From: a virus | Strand: one strand, 5' to 3' | DNA: 64,000 bases | IMG/VR virus record: IMGVR_UViG_3300022074_000021 | Coordinates: 12,333-76,332 of that record | Shown here: one piece after another, positions 50,174-60,635 of the stretch | How positions within the stretch are numbered: position 1 is the first letter of the stretch | How the letters are laid out: every line of letters starts with the position of its first letter | Notes under the pieces: generated by a model | Told to the model about the DNA's origin: nothing | What the model saw: the letters and a program-made list of their open reading frames with translations, nothing else | Database searches by the model: none | Program-made: the position numbers and the translations under genes

Positions 50174-51114
50174 AAGAACAATATAATTACCTCGTAACTG
50201 GAGGTGCAGGATTTATTGGCTCACATGTAATCGATGAGCTGCTTAAGCGAGATGACATTTATAGGATATATGTTATTGATAAGCTAGGTATGGGTTCTGA
50301 TATGGATAACGTGGCCGATGATAACCGCGTTAAGTTTATTTTTGAAGATATTGCAAGTGAAATAGCATATGAATATCTTCCCCGGGTTGATTATATTTTA
50401 CATCTAGCTGCTGAGTCACATGTTGATCGATCTATTACCGATCCTCTTGCATGTATAACTAGTAACGTAATGGGTACTGCAAAAGTCTTAGATTTAGCCA
50501 GTACAGATCAGGCAAGACTAGTTCATGTATCTACAGATGAAGTTTATGGTCATCTTCAAATAGATGAACCTCCGTTTACAGAAGAGACTGCATTAGCTCC
50601 TCGTAGCCCTTATTCTGCTACCAAGGCCGGATCGGATCTATTAGTACAGTCATACATTACAACCTATGGTATCAATGCATCAATTACCCGTTGCTGTAAC
50701 AACTATGGTCCAAGGCAAGCTTGTGAGAAGCTTATACCTACAGTAATTGATAAGCTAGTTAAAGATGAGCCTATTCCTATCTATGGTAATGGCCAGAATA
50801 TTCGGGAGTGGATTCATGTTACTGATCATGCTAAAGCTATCATTGAGGTGTTGCATACTGGTCATACTGATACTGTATACAATATTCCGGGTAGCCTCCA
50901 TTTAACTAATCTCGAGATGGTCGATAAGATCATTGAAAAAGTTCTCGAGTTTAAATCAGAGATCAACCCATCAATTGAGTTTGTAGAAGATCGTGCAGGT
51001 CATGATTTTAAATACTCTATAAGTACAAAACACTCTTTAAACTCAGTTAGAGAGCAAAGAGACTTTGATTTAACTGATACAATAGAATATTATTTAAAAA
51101 AACTAGTTGATTAA
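50170..51114 (+). CDS. rmlB: dTDP-glucose 4,6-dehydratase
   Basis: VTGGAGFIGS, HLAAESHVDRSI, VSTDEVYG, PYSATKA, NNYGPRQ..EKLIP, DRAGHD. Confidence 0.92.
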   Translation: MKEQYNYLVTGGAGFIGSHVIDELLKRDDIYRIYVIDKLGMGSDMDNVADDNRVKFIFEDIASEIAYEYLPRVDYILHLAAESHVDRSITDPLACITSNVMGTAKVLDLASTDQARLVHVSTDEVYGHLQIDEPPFTEETALAPRSPYSATKAGSDLLVQSYITTYGINASITRCCNNYGPRQACEKLIPTVIDKLVKDEPIPIYGNGQNIREWIHVTDHAKAIIEVLHTGHTDTVYNIPGSLHLTNLEMVDKIIEKVLEFKSEINPSIEFVEDRAGHDFKYSISTKHSLNSVREQRDFDLTDTIEYYLKKLVD

Positions 51115-51144
51115 AAAATAAACGTAGATAAAATATAATATATT

Positions 51145-51333
51145 ATGGGTAAGAAGACATTTCCACGTAAACCTTTTAGGTTCGGTAAATTTATTATCGA
51201 ATATAAAGAGTGTCCAAAGAGCCCGGTTCATTTCTTGAAGGAAGAAATAAATACAGCGGCAGAAGCAGAGAGTGTAGCCAACCGGTTAAAACAGCAAGGA
51301 TACGATAAGGTATTAATTAAGCAGGTAGGTTAA
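51145..51333 (+). CDS. Hypothetical protein
   Basis: ORF track; TTGATT...TAAAAT sigma70-like promoter upstream. Confidence 0.55.
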   Translation: MGKKTFPRKPFRFGKFIIEYKECPKSPVHFLKEEINTAAEAESVANRLKQQGYDKVLIKQVG

Positions 51334-51617
51334 TGATTAATGGCAGTGATTTAGAAAATATGACCTGTATACACCGGAAGCATTTTAGCGATATCGGTCT
51401 ACCAAAAGAAGGTACAATAGTTAGTATATACTACAAATATGATAAGAGTTATAATCAGTTGCTTATAAATGATTATTCAATACAATTAGTAGTAGATGGA
51501 AGAGTTGGTAATAATGTAGCAGATAAAAATAATATTATATCTAGTGAAGTTTACGATTTTTTTTTTAAAACAACTTATATGGAATTACTTAAACACGTTT
51601 TAACACAAATAAAATAA
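51333..51617 (+). CDS. Hypothetical protein
   Basis: ORF track; TAATG coupling. Confidence 0.5.
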   Translation: MINGSDLENMTCIHRKHFSDIGLPKEGTIVSIYYKYDKSYNQLLINDYSIQLVVDGRVGNNVADKNNIISSEVYDFFFKTTYMELLKHVLTQIK

Positions 51618-51620
51618 ATA

Positions 51621-51800
51621 ATGGAAGCAAATATTAATAACTTTCTATTTAAATTAGATAGAAAAAATAATACTATTGAAATATACTTTGGTTCTGAAGC
51701 TGAAAGATTATATGGCTTTATTAAAGTCAAACCAAATATATCTGAAAAGGAGTTTCATTTTGAAATCTCTGATTGGTTTATTAATAATGCAAATGGTTAA
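51621..51800 (+). CDS. Hypothetical protein (59 aa, MEANINNFLFK...)
   Basis: Manual translation; fills the intergenic gap. Confidence 0.5.
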   Translation: MEANINNFLFKLDRKNNTIEIYFGSEAERLYGFIKVKPNISEKEFHFEISDWFINNANG

Positions 51801-51834
51801 TTGCATTTAACCGTTTAGCGTATAAAATATACAT

Positions 51835-52299
51835 ATGAAACCAATATGCCTTATTATTGCATTAGCCGTAGTGTCCATTGTAGTATCATTAGTAGTTAAA
51901 AAAGAGCCAGTTTTTACTGGTAAAGAATATAATGGAGAATTAATTAATGCTAATTTATTTGAAAATCCGGTTACATTTACTGATCATGATGGTAATTTGG
52001 TAGATGGTTATGCAGTAAGATATTATCCAGGTACAGAGCAGGTATATTCCAAAGCTAGTTTTAAAGATGGATTTATGCATGGCCCGTTTCTTTCTTTTTG
52101 GGATAATGGTCAAGTACAGATGACGATGGTTTGGGAAAACGGTACACATTACAAAAAAATGAGCTCCTGGGATCGGAATGGTAAGCGTTTGAAAGGCTCT
52201 GCTGATGACCAAATTAAACAGATTAGAAATATGGATAAAGATTTAGGAGAGAAAATGGATGAATTGGAAAAGACTAAATTAGAACTTAGTATCTATTAA
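51835..52299 (+). CDS. Membrane-anchored MORN-variant repeat protein
   Basis: N-terminal TM segment; YYPG...FKDGFMHGPFLSFWDNGQ. Confidence 0.65.
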   Translation: MKPICLIIALAVVSIVVSLVVKKEPVFTGKEYNGELINANLFENPVTFTDHDGNLVDGYAVRYYPGTEQVYSKASFKDGFMHGPFLSFWDNGQVQMTMVWENGTHYKKMSSWDRNGKRLKGSADDQIKQIRNMDKDLGEKMDELEKTKLELSIY

Positions 52300-52340
52300 T
52301 TAGTTTACTCTAATAGGAACTCTGATATAATAATGGAGTA

Positions 52341-52592
52341 ATGAAGATAGTATATTGTGAATGTGGAAGTCTGGTTAGACCTGCGCGGGTAGAAGCTGGC
52401 TTTACTAACTGTATTAGGTGCGCTAATGAGAATCCTGTTGAACCTCCGAAAGGTCGTATGGTATATACTGGTAAGGTCGGGGCTGAGATAGAGATTATGT
52501 CTGCTGAGACTTGGCGTGAGAATAAAGGTTACTTTATACCTAAAGGTGGTCGTAGCTGTGTTAAAAACTTTAGTAAAAATGTCTGCGCGTAA
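52341..52592 (+). CDS. DksA/TraR-like C4 zinc-finger protein
   Basis: CECG.....ARVEAG...CIRCA. Confidence 0.55.
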   Translation: MKIVYCECGSLVRPARVEAGFTNCIRCANENPVEPPKGRMVYTGKVGAEIEIMSAETWRENKGYFIPKGGRSCVKNFSKNVCA

Positions 52593-52839
52593 ACATAAAC
52601 AAAACCAGGCTCGTAGAATGGCGCAAGGTCATTATACGAAAGATGCATTTTTCTTTATTCAAGACTTGCATGAATGTTTAATGATGAATAAAGTTGAAGA
52701 GTTTTCTCAGACCGATGCGCGATATGCTCAACGTTTATTAGAAGAGTTAGATGAAATAAGACCAGCTCTTCAAAAGCTAGCTAATAATCATTCAGCTAAT
52801 ATGCCTGAAGAATTTATTACTAACTGGAAAGATCTTTAA
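52579..52839 (+). CDS. Hypothetical protein
   Basis: ORF track (likely start MSARKHK). Confidence 0.5.
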   Translation: MSARKHKQNQARRMAQGHYTKDAFFFIQDLHECLMMNKVEEFSQTDARYAQRLLEELDEIRPALQKLANNHSANMPEEFITNWKDL

Positions 52840-52861
52840 GGAACTCCGATATAATAATAGT

Positions 52862-53131
52862 ATGAACCCAACAAGAGAAGATCTAATTGAGCTTGGCTAT
52901 CTTAAACCTGGTGATAAGTACTGTAAGATTCCTAAACGTATACGTAAGATCTTTCTTACAGAGAGTGATCTAGAGTATGCTAAGCGTCATGGACTTACTC
53001 GTCAAGAGATGAAAGATTTTAAAGAAGAAATGATGATTGAAGATGAAATTATTCAAGATCATCATATGCTAGCAGCTAAAGACAAAGAAGATAACTTTAA
53101 TTCACCTCAAGCGCATTACTTTGCATGGTAA
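52862..53131 (+). CDS. Hypothetical early protein
   Basis: Preceded by the AGGAACT-N4-TATAAT promoter. Confidence 0.6.
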   Translation: MNPTREDLIELGYLKPGDKYCKIPKRIRKIFLTESDLEYAKRHGLTRQEMKDFKEEMMIEDEIIQDHHMLAAKDKEDNFNSPQAHYFAW

Positions 53132-53472
53132 TAAAATCCTTTAATAAAAAAACAGGTAAGCGTTATGGTGATTGCGCGCCTAGGTATAGTAAATCTTGGG
53201 AGCTTCATCAAGACGGAGAGGTATTTATTTTAAAAGTAGATGGAGAGCCAGAAGAAATACTAGAATTAACTGAACGCTCATTGTATTATTTTATTACAAA
53301 GAAAGGTAAGAAAACGATGCAGTTGCTTGAAAGTAAACAGTTTAGGAATTGGCAATATACTTTATGGCATTCGGGTGATGTATGGGACTATGCACCCTAT
53401 CTAACTAAGTTAGAGCGAGATATGCTGACATATGGAAATGCTCAATGGAGCTTATTAGATAATTTAGATTAA
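53125..53472 (+). CDS. Hypothetical protein
   Basis: ORF track. Confidence 0.55.
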   Translation: MVIKSFNKKTGKRYGDCAPRYSKSWELHQDGEVFILKVDGEPEEILELTERSLYYFITKKGKKTMQLLESKQFRNWQYTLWHSGDVWDYAPYLTKLERDMLTYGNAQWSLLDNLD

Positions 53473-53787
53473 ATGAGTACAAAATGGCACGGTGGTAAAG
53501 GTGATAAAAGTAGAATCACAAAATACGAGAGATACGCAGATAATTACGATAATATTTTTATCAATAAGGCAGTAGCTACACATGATATATGGGGTATAAT
53601 CGGTCATGTTGATATTATAGAAGGGGATACAGTTTCCTTTAAATGTATTGATACAGAGGTAAGAGTTGAAGTAATTGCAGAGGCTCCCGATAAGTACGGT
53701 GAAGCTAGCGGTAACGCAGGAAACCCTTTTCATGTATCGCGTGATATATTTGAAAAAAAATATAAACCTTATTTAAAAACTCTTTAA
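53473..53787 (+). CDS. Hypothetical protein (WHGGKGDKSR...Y.DNYDNIF N-terminus)
   Basis: ORF track. Confidence 0.55.
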   Translation: MSTKWHGGKGDKSRITKYERYADNYDNIFINKAVATHDIWGIIGHVDIIEGDTVSFKCIDTEVRVEVIAEAPDKYGEASGNAGNPFHVSRDIFEKKYKPYLKTL

Positions 53788-53799
53788 TGTACAACAAAT

Positions 53800-54054
53800 A
53801 TGGAGATGATGGTTATAGGATTTGCTATTGCAATTATATTAGTAACTGCAATACCATATATATTATGGAAGATTATATCTATACTACCTAATCTACTATG
53901 GGTATGTTCAAAAGTTGCAACGTTTATAATTATATTTGGAGCTATTGTATTTTGTATTAGTTGGTTAAGCTATATAGAGGGTACAAAACTTAATAATAAA
54001 ACTGAATATGCTCCTAAAAAACCTATTATTGAAAACATAAATGAAAAAAAATAA
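53800..54054 (+). CDS. Small membrane protein
   Basis: Two hydrophobic segments. Confidence 0.5.
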   Translation: MEMMVIGFAIAIILVTAIPYILWKIISILPNLLWVCSKVATFIIIFGAIVFCISWLSYIEGTKLNNKTEYAPKKPIIENINEKK

Positions 54055-54204
54055 AACAACAAACGCATCTTTGGGTCGTGATTATTTCTTAAATGCATTA
54101 CCTAATGATTTGGATAAAAAGCAAGCAGTACGTAAAGATGTAACTGTAGATGAAAATACACTAAAAGAGCTTCAAGCTCTAGGATTAATTAACAAACCTA
54201 AATA

Positions 54205-54456
54205 ATGTTTAAACATATTAAAGAAATGCTAGAAAGTGGGCAAGTGATACATGTAGAATTCACTAAAAAGAATGGCGAAACACGTAAAATGAACTGCACG
54301 ACTAATCTCAATCTAATTCCAGAGTGTATGCACCCATCTGAAGATCGAATGAGCTACATAAAAGAAGATGTAATTAGAGCATATGATATTGATGTTCACG
54401 GGTGGCGATCATTTAGAGTAGATTCTGTAAATATTCTTGAGTCAAAGGAACTCTGA
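54205..54456 (+). CDS. WYL_2/SH3-like phage protein
   Basis: VEFTKKNGETRKMNCT...YDIDVHGWRSFRVDSV. Confidence 0.75.
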   Translation: MFKHIKEMLESGQVIHVEFTKKNGETRKMNCTTNLNLIPECMHPSEDRMSYIKEDVIRAYDIDVHGWRSFRVDSVNILESKEL

Positions 54457-54467
54457 TATAATTAGGT

Positions 54468-54726
54468 ATGCAAAAGAAAGAAGAAATTCCAGAAGAGGTT
54501 ATCAACTACTGTATTGAAAATAAGGTAAGTATTGTAGAAGGTCTCCAAGTAATTGCTGAACGTAAAATACAAAGTTTGGAAGATGATATCGCTACTCTTA
54601 AAAAGAATGCGCTTGATAATATTTTCTCGTTGAAGAAAGCTATTTCCTCAGTAGATAAGCTTAGTAAAGAAGATATGGATGATGTTGAGTCGTTTCTTGA
54701 TTTTTTAGATAAAAATGTTCAGACTA

Positions 54727-54734
<8 letters not shown>
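54468..54734 (+). CDS. Hypothetical early protein
   Basis: AGGAACT-N4-TATAAT promoter upstream. Confidence 0.55.
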
Positions 54735-55361
<627 letters not shown>

Positions 55362-55381
<20 letters not shown>

Positions 55382-55736
55382 GACAGCAATTATGATTGCT
55401 GCACTGACACTCACTGCTAACGCAAGTGACCATCACGATGAGAAAAAAGGTCCTAAAGGTAAACCTGCAAAGGTTGACGGTAAGCGCAAGCTTCCGCCTG
55501 ATATGGCCAAGTTCGATAAGAATAAAGATGGAAAACTATGTGAAGTTGAACGTAAAGCTGCACGGGATGCTTTTATAAAGAGGTTCGATAAGAACAAAGA
55601 TGGTAAGCTTGACGAGAAGGAGCGTAACGCTGCTAGAGCTGAACGTCGCAAGAGTTTAAAAAAACCTAAAGGTAAAGGTAAACAACCTAAAGGACCTAAA
55701 GGTAAAGGTAAGCCTGAGCAGAAGAAAGGTAAGTAA
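55362..55736 (+). CDS. Secreted EF-hand protein, Lys-rich tail
   Basis: Signal peptide; two KFDKNKDGKL..ERxAAR EF-hand-like repeats. Confidence 0.75.
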
Positions 55737-55997
55737 ATGAACAAAGACCTGAGTACGTCTAAAAACTACTCCTTTTTTAATACTGTGAAAGGATTCAATC
55801 AGATCCACGTGATAGCAAAAGATAGAGGGTTCAAATATGAGAAGATAGCCGATACACCTGATTTTAATGGTGAGAGTGCTGCCTTAAAATATTGGGAAGC
55901 TAATAAAGAACGACTTATTGATACAAATTTTTATAATGATAAGATCGTTATTGTTAGAAAAGAAATACATAATACATGCATAAAGAGGTTAAATTAG
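55737..55997 (+). CDS. Hypothetical protein
   Basis: ORF track. Confidence 0.5.
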   Translation: MNKDLSTSKNYSFFNTVKGFNQIHVIAKDRGFKYEKIADTPDFNGESAALKYWEANKERLIDTNFYNDKIVIVRKEIHNTCIKRLN

Positions 55998-56139
55998 ATA
56001 AACTCGATAGAGTTATCTATACTAAAACTGTTGAAGAAGGATTTATTTGTGAGCATTGGTATGAGTATACCGATACTGGTGAACAAATTCTTGTAAAAGT
56101 ATTTGAAGAATCAATACCTATAGATTATATCGAGCATAT

Positions 56140-56625
56140 TTAAAATAAGTATTTAAGAATAAGTTCTTCTTCTGTGAGAATTTTTTCACCTTCATCTTCC
56201 TGTACAGAGTCAAAACCTTCTTCATACTCTTCATAATAAGAATAAATATCATCCGCATCTGCCTCATAACTAAATGAGGATGATCCCTTTGAGGTTTGTA
56301 TAACTTCATACTTATCTTTAATACCTGCTACTATTAATTGTTTAAGCAATTTTGGACCAGTTTCTTTATCAGCCCGAGCTATAAAATCTTTAACTTGATT
56401 ACTAGTAAATTTACCTTTAAGAGTTAAAATAGGGTCATCATAAAGCCCCCAAACATGTATAGCCAGATATTGTCTTGTAATATCTGCACAATCTCTTATA
56501 ACATAATATGCAGATTTTTTCTTTACTTCTATACCAGTATCAGGTTTTTTATGAGCTCTTTCTGCAGGACCGTAAAGCTTAGCTATTTGCTCCTTGCTAT
56601 TATCTAAGATTACATCTTCAAACAT
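56140..56625 (-). CDS. Hypothetical late protein
   Basis: CTAAATA 6 nt upstream; the only clear minus-strand gene in the early array. Confidence 0.6.
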   Translation of the reverse strand: MFEDVILDNSKEQIAKLYGPAERAHKKPDTGIEVKKKSAYYVIRDCADITRQYLAIHVWGLYDDPILTLKGKFTSNQVKDFIARADKETGPKLLKQLIVAGIKDKYEVIQTSKGSSSFSYEADADDIYSYYEEYEEGFDSVQEDEGEKILTEEELILKYLF

Positions 56626-56691
56626 ACATATATTTAGTCTCTCCCGTAAAATTAATGGATATCCATAAGGAACTTCAATATAATTAGGTTG

Positions 56692-57144
56692 ATGATATTA
56701 TTAGACCCGTCTCCTAGCATCAAAAAGCATACGAAGATTGACTTTAATCTTCTTAGTCAACTACTTACTACTTTACTTGAATCCAATCATAAACGAGATA
56801 TCAATATTGTAGCGAAGATTCATAAGAGTAGAATCGCCGGTACATCGCTATGTACTCATGTAGATGGCTGTAGATTCTTGATTAACTTAGACGTCTCAAA
56901 TATTAAGAGACGCTACATATTCAGTTCTATTTTGCATGAGTTGCGACATTGTGTACAGAAGAATCTATTCGGGTATTGGCCTGATACTCACGCTATGAAG
57001 ACTTGGAAGGATTACTGGTATTCAAAAGAAGAGATAGATGCTCGTAAGATGGAGAAGCTTACAACACAGATGATTAAAGCATATGACTCGATGATTAACA
57101 TGGGTGTTCAGTTCAAGAAGTATAATCTAAACAAGATCGGATAA
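56692..57144 (+). CDS. Putative zinc metallopeptidase
   Basis: ILHELRHCVQ plus downstream EIDAR. Confidence 0.65.
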   Translation: MILLDPSPSIKKHTKIDFNLLSQLLTTLLESNHKRDINIVAKIHKSRIAGTSLCTHVDGCRFLINLDVSNIKRRYIFSSILHELRHCVQKNLFGYWPDTHAMKTWKDYWYSKEEIDARKMEKLTTQMIKAYDSMINMGVQFKKYNLNKIG

Positions 57145-57461
57145 GGAACCTCAGTATAATAAGAGTATGAAACAAGAAGATAGACAGTTTTTCGAAAATG
57201 TAGTTTTTGGATGTGTAATTATCCTCATACTAGTTCTAGTAGCTATATCAATTTTACCTAAATAAACAAATGCCTGAACCAGTTGAATCAAAAAGCAATA
57301 AACATTTCCGAATATCGTTAGTTAAATCATTCTTACGAATAGTTGGATGTGCTGCAGCATTAACTCCATTAGGAACTAACGAATCAATCATAGCTCTAGC
57401 CGTATCATTCCTCGCAGCTGAGATATTAGGAATTTTTGAGGAACTCTAATATAATATAAAT

Positions 57462-57665
57462 ATGAAGTACGACATTGTATTCAAGACAAAAGAAGCATTC
57501 AACGCAGCTAAAACCCTTCTCACTCATCATTATGCTTGCCGTTTCAATGATCTTAATGATTATAGAATTGAATTTTATCTAGAGGGTAGGCGTGAGACGG
57601 CTAAAAAAATGCTACAAGATGTAAATGCTGTTGAAGAAGTTAACATGAAGTTTGTAACTACTTAA
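57462..57665 (+). CDS. Hypothetical early protein
   Basis: AGGAACT-N4-TATAAT promoter upstream. Confidence 0.55.
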   Translation: MKYDIVFKTKEAFNAAKTLLTHHYACRFNDLNDYRIEFYLEGRRETAKKMLQDVNAVEEVNMKFVTT

Positions 57666-57684
57666 GGAATTTTAGTATAATAAT

Positions 57685-58095
57685 ATGAACAATACCATTA
57701 AACATTTAGACAACGGTGATTTCGAAGTGATAAAAAACACTCCATCTGCTGAAACTCTTGAATCAGGGAAGCCTAGATTCAATAAAGATGATAAGGCGGC
57801 AAAGAAGTTGTTTACGGATGTTCAGCTAGCCTACGAAACTCTTATCTTAGCTAAAGTGGAAGCTGCTCCTGCATTTGGGTTATCTACTCCTCAAGCAATT
57901 CAGAAAGCTGATGCCGCTTATGAAGAGTATGATGAGTTAGTTGACATTGTGGTTAAGGCTACAGGCGGAAATGCTCCAGCCTTTTTTACTGACCCACAAA
58001 CAGTTGATCTATTTGAGATTGCAGGTACTGATTGTCGAGGCATGACATATAATGAGATGGCTGAACTAGAAGGCTCTATTGCTTTTGGAAATTAA
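57685..58095 (+). CDS. Hypothetical early protein
   Basis: Variant AGGAATT-N4-TATAAT promoter upstream. Confidence 0.6.
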   Translation: MNNTIKHLDNGDFEVIKNTPSAETLESGKPRFNKDDKAAKKLFTDVQLAYETLILAKVEAAPAFGLSTPQAIQKADAAYEEYDELVDIVVKATGGNAPAFFTDPQTVDLFEIAGTDCRGMTYNEMAELEGSIAFGN

Positions 58096-58221
58096 ATTAA
58101 TATGAAACTAAATATAATACTACCACTAATAATTATTGCAATAGTGTTAATCTTAACCGGTTGCACATGAAGTACATGTTAGATCCTCAGTGGGGATAAG
58201 GAACTCTGATATAATTAAAGT

Positions 58222-58407
58222 ATGAAAAGGGATAAGTACTTAGTAATCGTAAGCTTTAAAGGACGTGTTGAGCGTATTGTTGTAGAAGCTACCTCTAGAC
58301 CAGATGCTGAGAATGTTGTTTATGAGAAGAAAAAGCATTTGTTTGATCATGATGTTATTCACGGTACTAGCACGATTAGTATTATGTCTTCTCGTAGAAT
58401 GTCTTAA
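58222..58407 (+). CDS. Hypothetical early protein
   Basis: Promoter motif upstream. Confidence 0.55.
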   Translation: MKRDKYLVIVSFKGRVERIVVEATSRPDAENVVYEKKKHLFDHDVIHGTSTISIMSSRRMS

Positions 58408-58551
58408 TTGCTTGATACTTAAAGGAACTAATATATAATATAATTATGAACATCGAAAAGCTAAAGGATAAATTAATTGTACTATGGATTATAACAGTTT
58501 CTCTATATATAGGGGTAGATTTACTTCAAAAATTTAACTAAAATTAACATT

Positions 58552-58612
58552 GGGGGTGACATTGGGTTCGACGTAAAAAATACGGATGAGGGTTCAAATC
58601 CCTCCACCTCCA
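58552..58612 (+). ncRNA. Minimal tmRNA-like RNA (tRNA-like domain only)
   Basis: GGGGGUG/CACCUCC-A acceptor with G3:U70 and A73; unpaired D-like ACAUUGGGUUCGAC; CGUA-AAAAA-UACG hairpin; GGAU linker; T-arm GAGGG-UUCAAAU-CCCUC. Confidence 0.75.
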
Positions 58613-58974
58613 TTAATAAATACTAATATGGCATTTGAACATTTACATCTTGATAATTTAGGTAGAATTATCTACAAAATCGCTAGATCATTCGGTTATA
58701 CAGAAGAGTGGTGGTTTTCCTACGATGGCCAGAGCAACAGAACAATCGAAAAATATATTAAAGAGAAAAAGCCATTTTAAAGTGAAAAAACTATTAAAAG
58801 CTTTTAAAAATAAAAAGAATCGTAAAATAGATTACGATCAAGAGCTGGATAGTTTTAGACAAATGGTAATAGATCTTCACCTTAAAATAACTAGGCTAGA
58901 GAAAGAAAATCGTAGATTGAAACGGATTATTAAAAAACTCTCGGAAATATAAGGAACTTCATTATAATAAATAT

Positions 58975-59259
58975 ATGAAAAAAGATATTTACAGAGTTCA
59001 AATTAAGCCTAGCTATTCTGTATATACCAAAAATGGTTCTAATCATAGAATACATGGGCCGGCCTTAACAATTGGTACTGATGAGTATTTTTACATTAAC
59101 GGTAAACGATTAACTTTATCCGGTCACGAGGATTACGTAAGAAGTTATTTTGTTCACCATGAGTGCTTTAGTTTGGAAAAAGAATGTTTTCAAAAAGCTT
59201 TAAATTCTCCTGATGGTATATTTGTTCATAATTTAGAGTTAACTGAAAATGCAAAATGA
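58975..59259 (+). CDS. Hypothetical protein (HRIHGPA...YFYING motif)
   Basis: Promoter motif upstream. Confidence 0.55.
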   Translation: MKKDIYRVQIKPSYSVYTKNGSNHRIHGPALTIGTDEYFYINGKRLTLSGHEDYVRSYFVHHECFSLEKECFQKALNSPDGIFVHNLELTENAK

Positions 59260-59443
59260 TGATCCTTTTGCCCTAGGTTGGTATTTAGAAATTGTGCATT
59301 TAGGAGAAAATTTAATTTCTGAAAGTAAGCACATAGAAGGTCCTTTTTTAACTCAAGCCGATGCTGAACATCGTAAGGAAACAATTCTTACTAAAAATGA
59401 AAATATACACGCAAAGTTAACTATTAATCTTATAATGTTGTAA
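59249..59443 (+). CDS. Hypothetical protein
   Basis: ORF track. Confidence 0.5.
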   Translation: MQNDDPFALGWYLEIVHLGENLISESKHIEGPFLTQADAEHRKETILTKNENIHAKLTINLIML

Positions 59444-59447
59444 TATT

Positions 59448-59756
59448 ATGCTAAAATATAAAAAGAATAGTAAAGTTAGTTGGGTAGATAAATCAGATCG
59501 TATTGCAGAGATAGCCAATCTAGCGGAGTTAATTAAAGATGGTGAAGAAGAGCATCTAGATCATTACAATGATTTAGTACTTAGTTATGCTAAAGACACT
59601 AACATGCAAGCTTCAGCCTCTGAGACTGATCCTATTGCTTGGGATTTATTTTGTGAGTTGGCTGGTGGTGATCCAGGTAAGATAGTTTATGCTGGTGGTA
59701 GGAGAGGTTTAAACTATCTAGAAATGGTTAAATTTAATCGAGGCTATTGGCGATAA
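59448..59756 (+). CDS. Hypothetical protein
   Basis: ORF track. Confidence 0.55.
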   Translation: MLKYKKNSKVSWVDKSDRIAEIANLAELIKDGEEEHLDHYNDLVLSYAKDTNMQASASETDPIAWDLFCELAGGDPGKIVYAGGRRGLNYLEMVKFNRGYWR

Positions 59757-59850
59757 ATAAAAATGGACCCTATACCCACTATCACTCTAGCTGTTGTAAT
59801 TATTGAGCTTGTTATATTGGTATTACTCTTTAGGTCTAATAAATAATTAC

Positions 59851-60087
59851 ATGAAGACCTTACTTATACTATTAGCTTGTTGCTTAATTAGTTGCGAGGG
59901 AGGATATAGCTCATATACGTACCAATCCGTTCCATCAACTACTGTACGCACTTATAGAAGCTACACACCTGCTTATTATTATGCTCCTAGGAGAGTAATT
60001 TATTCTCCACCAATAGTTAGATATCAATATAGAGCACCTCGATATTACAGTGTTACAACAAGAAGTTATAGAAGAAAGTGTCCGTAA
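59851..60087 (+). CDS. Small lipoprotein-like Tyr/Arg/Pro-rich protein
   Basis: MKTLLILLACCLISC lipobox-like sequence; ATAAATA 6 nt upstream. Confidence 0.5.
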   Translation: MKTLLILLACCLISCEGGYSSYTYQSVPSTTVRTYRSYTPAYYYAPRRVIYSPPIVRYQYRAPRYYSVTTRSYRRKCP

Positions 60088-60171
60088 AGATAAGTTTGTA
60101 GTTACACGAGAATACAACCAGATTATTGTTTCCTTAACAACAAACATAAGGAACTTACATATAATAAGAGT

Positions 60172-60369
60172 ATGAAAGAAAAGCTTAAAAAGTTTGTTGA
60201 GACTGGTGAGCATGTGTTTCTCGATATCTGCCCTCGACGAGATAGTGAAATATGGTCAGAAGAAGGAGTTATCAAGAATCTCGATGCTAATGGTTGGTTT
60301 CAGATTGAGTTTATGGGATCTACTAACGGATGGCATGTTAATCAGATCGTAAACATATTAACAGATTGA
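60172..60369 (+). CDS. Hypothetical early protein
   Basis: Promoter motif upstream. Confidence 0.55.
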   Translation: MKEKLKKFVETGEHVFLDICPRRDSEIWSEEGVIKNLDANGWFQIEFMGSTNGWHVNQIVNILTD

Positions 60370-60635
60370 AGTTTTCACCAAATTATGGTGCGTCAAGTGA
60401 GTATATCAAACACGGTTAAGCGATAGAATAAGACGTTAAATAATGAACTATCGTGGGAGTAAGGGTGCCCTCAGAGAAAGACCCTAAATTTTAAGGAACT
60501 TAGATATAATTAGATATGCCCGAAGAACAAGAGATTAGAGATATTGTCGAAGAAATGCTTGATACAGTAGAACGTGAGATTGAGTTTGATGGACGAGGAC
60601 TTTAGGAACTACATTATAATATAGAAACAAAATAT

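Noticed and set aside
58586-58627. ORF start MRVQIPPPP
   Set aside because: It is a translation of the T-arm of the tmRNA-like RNA; the likely start is ATG 58628 after ATAAATA.
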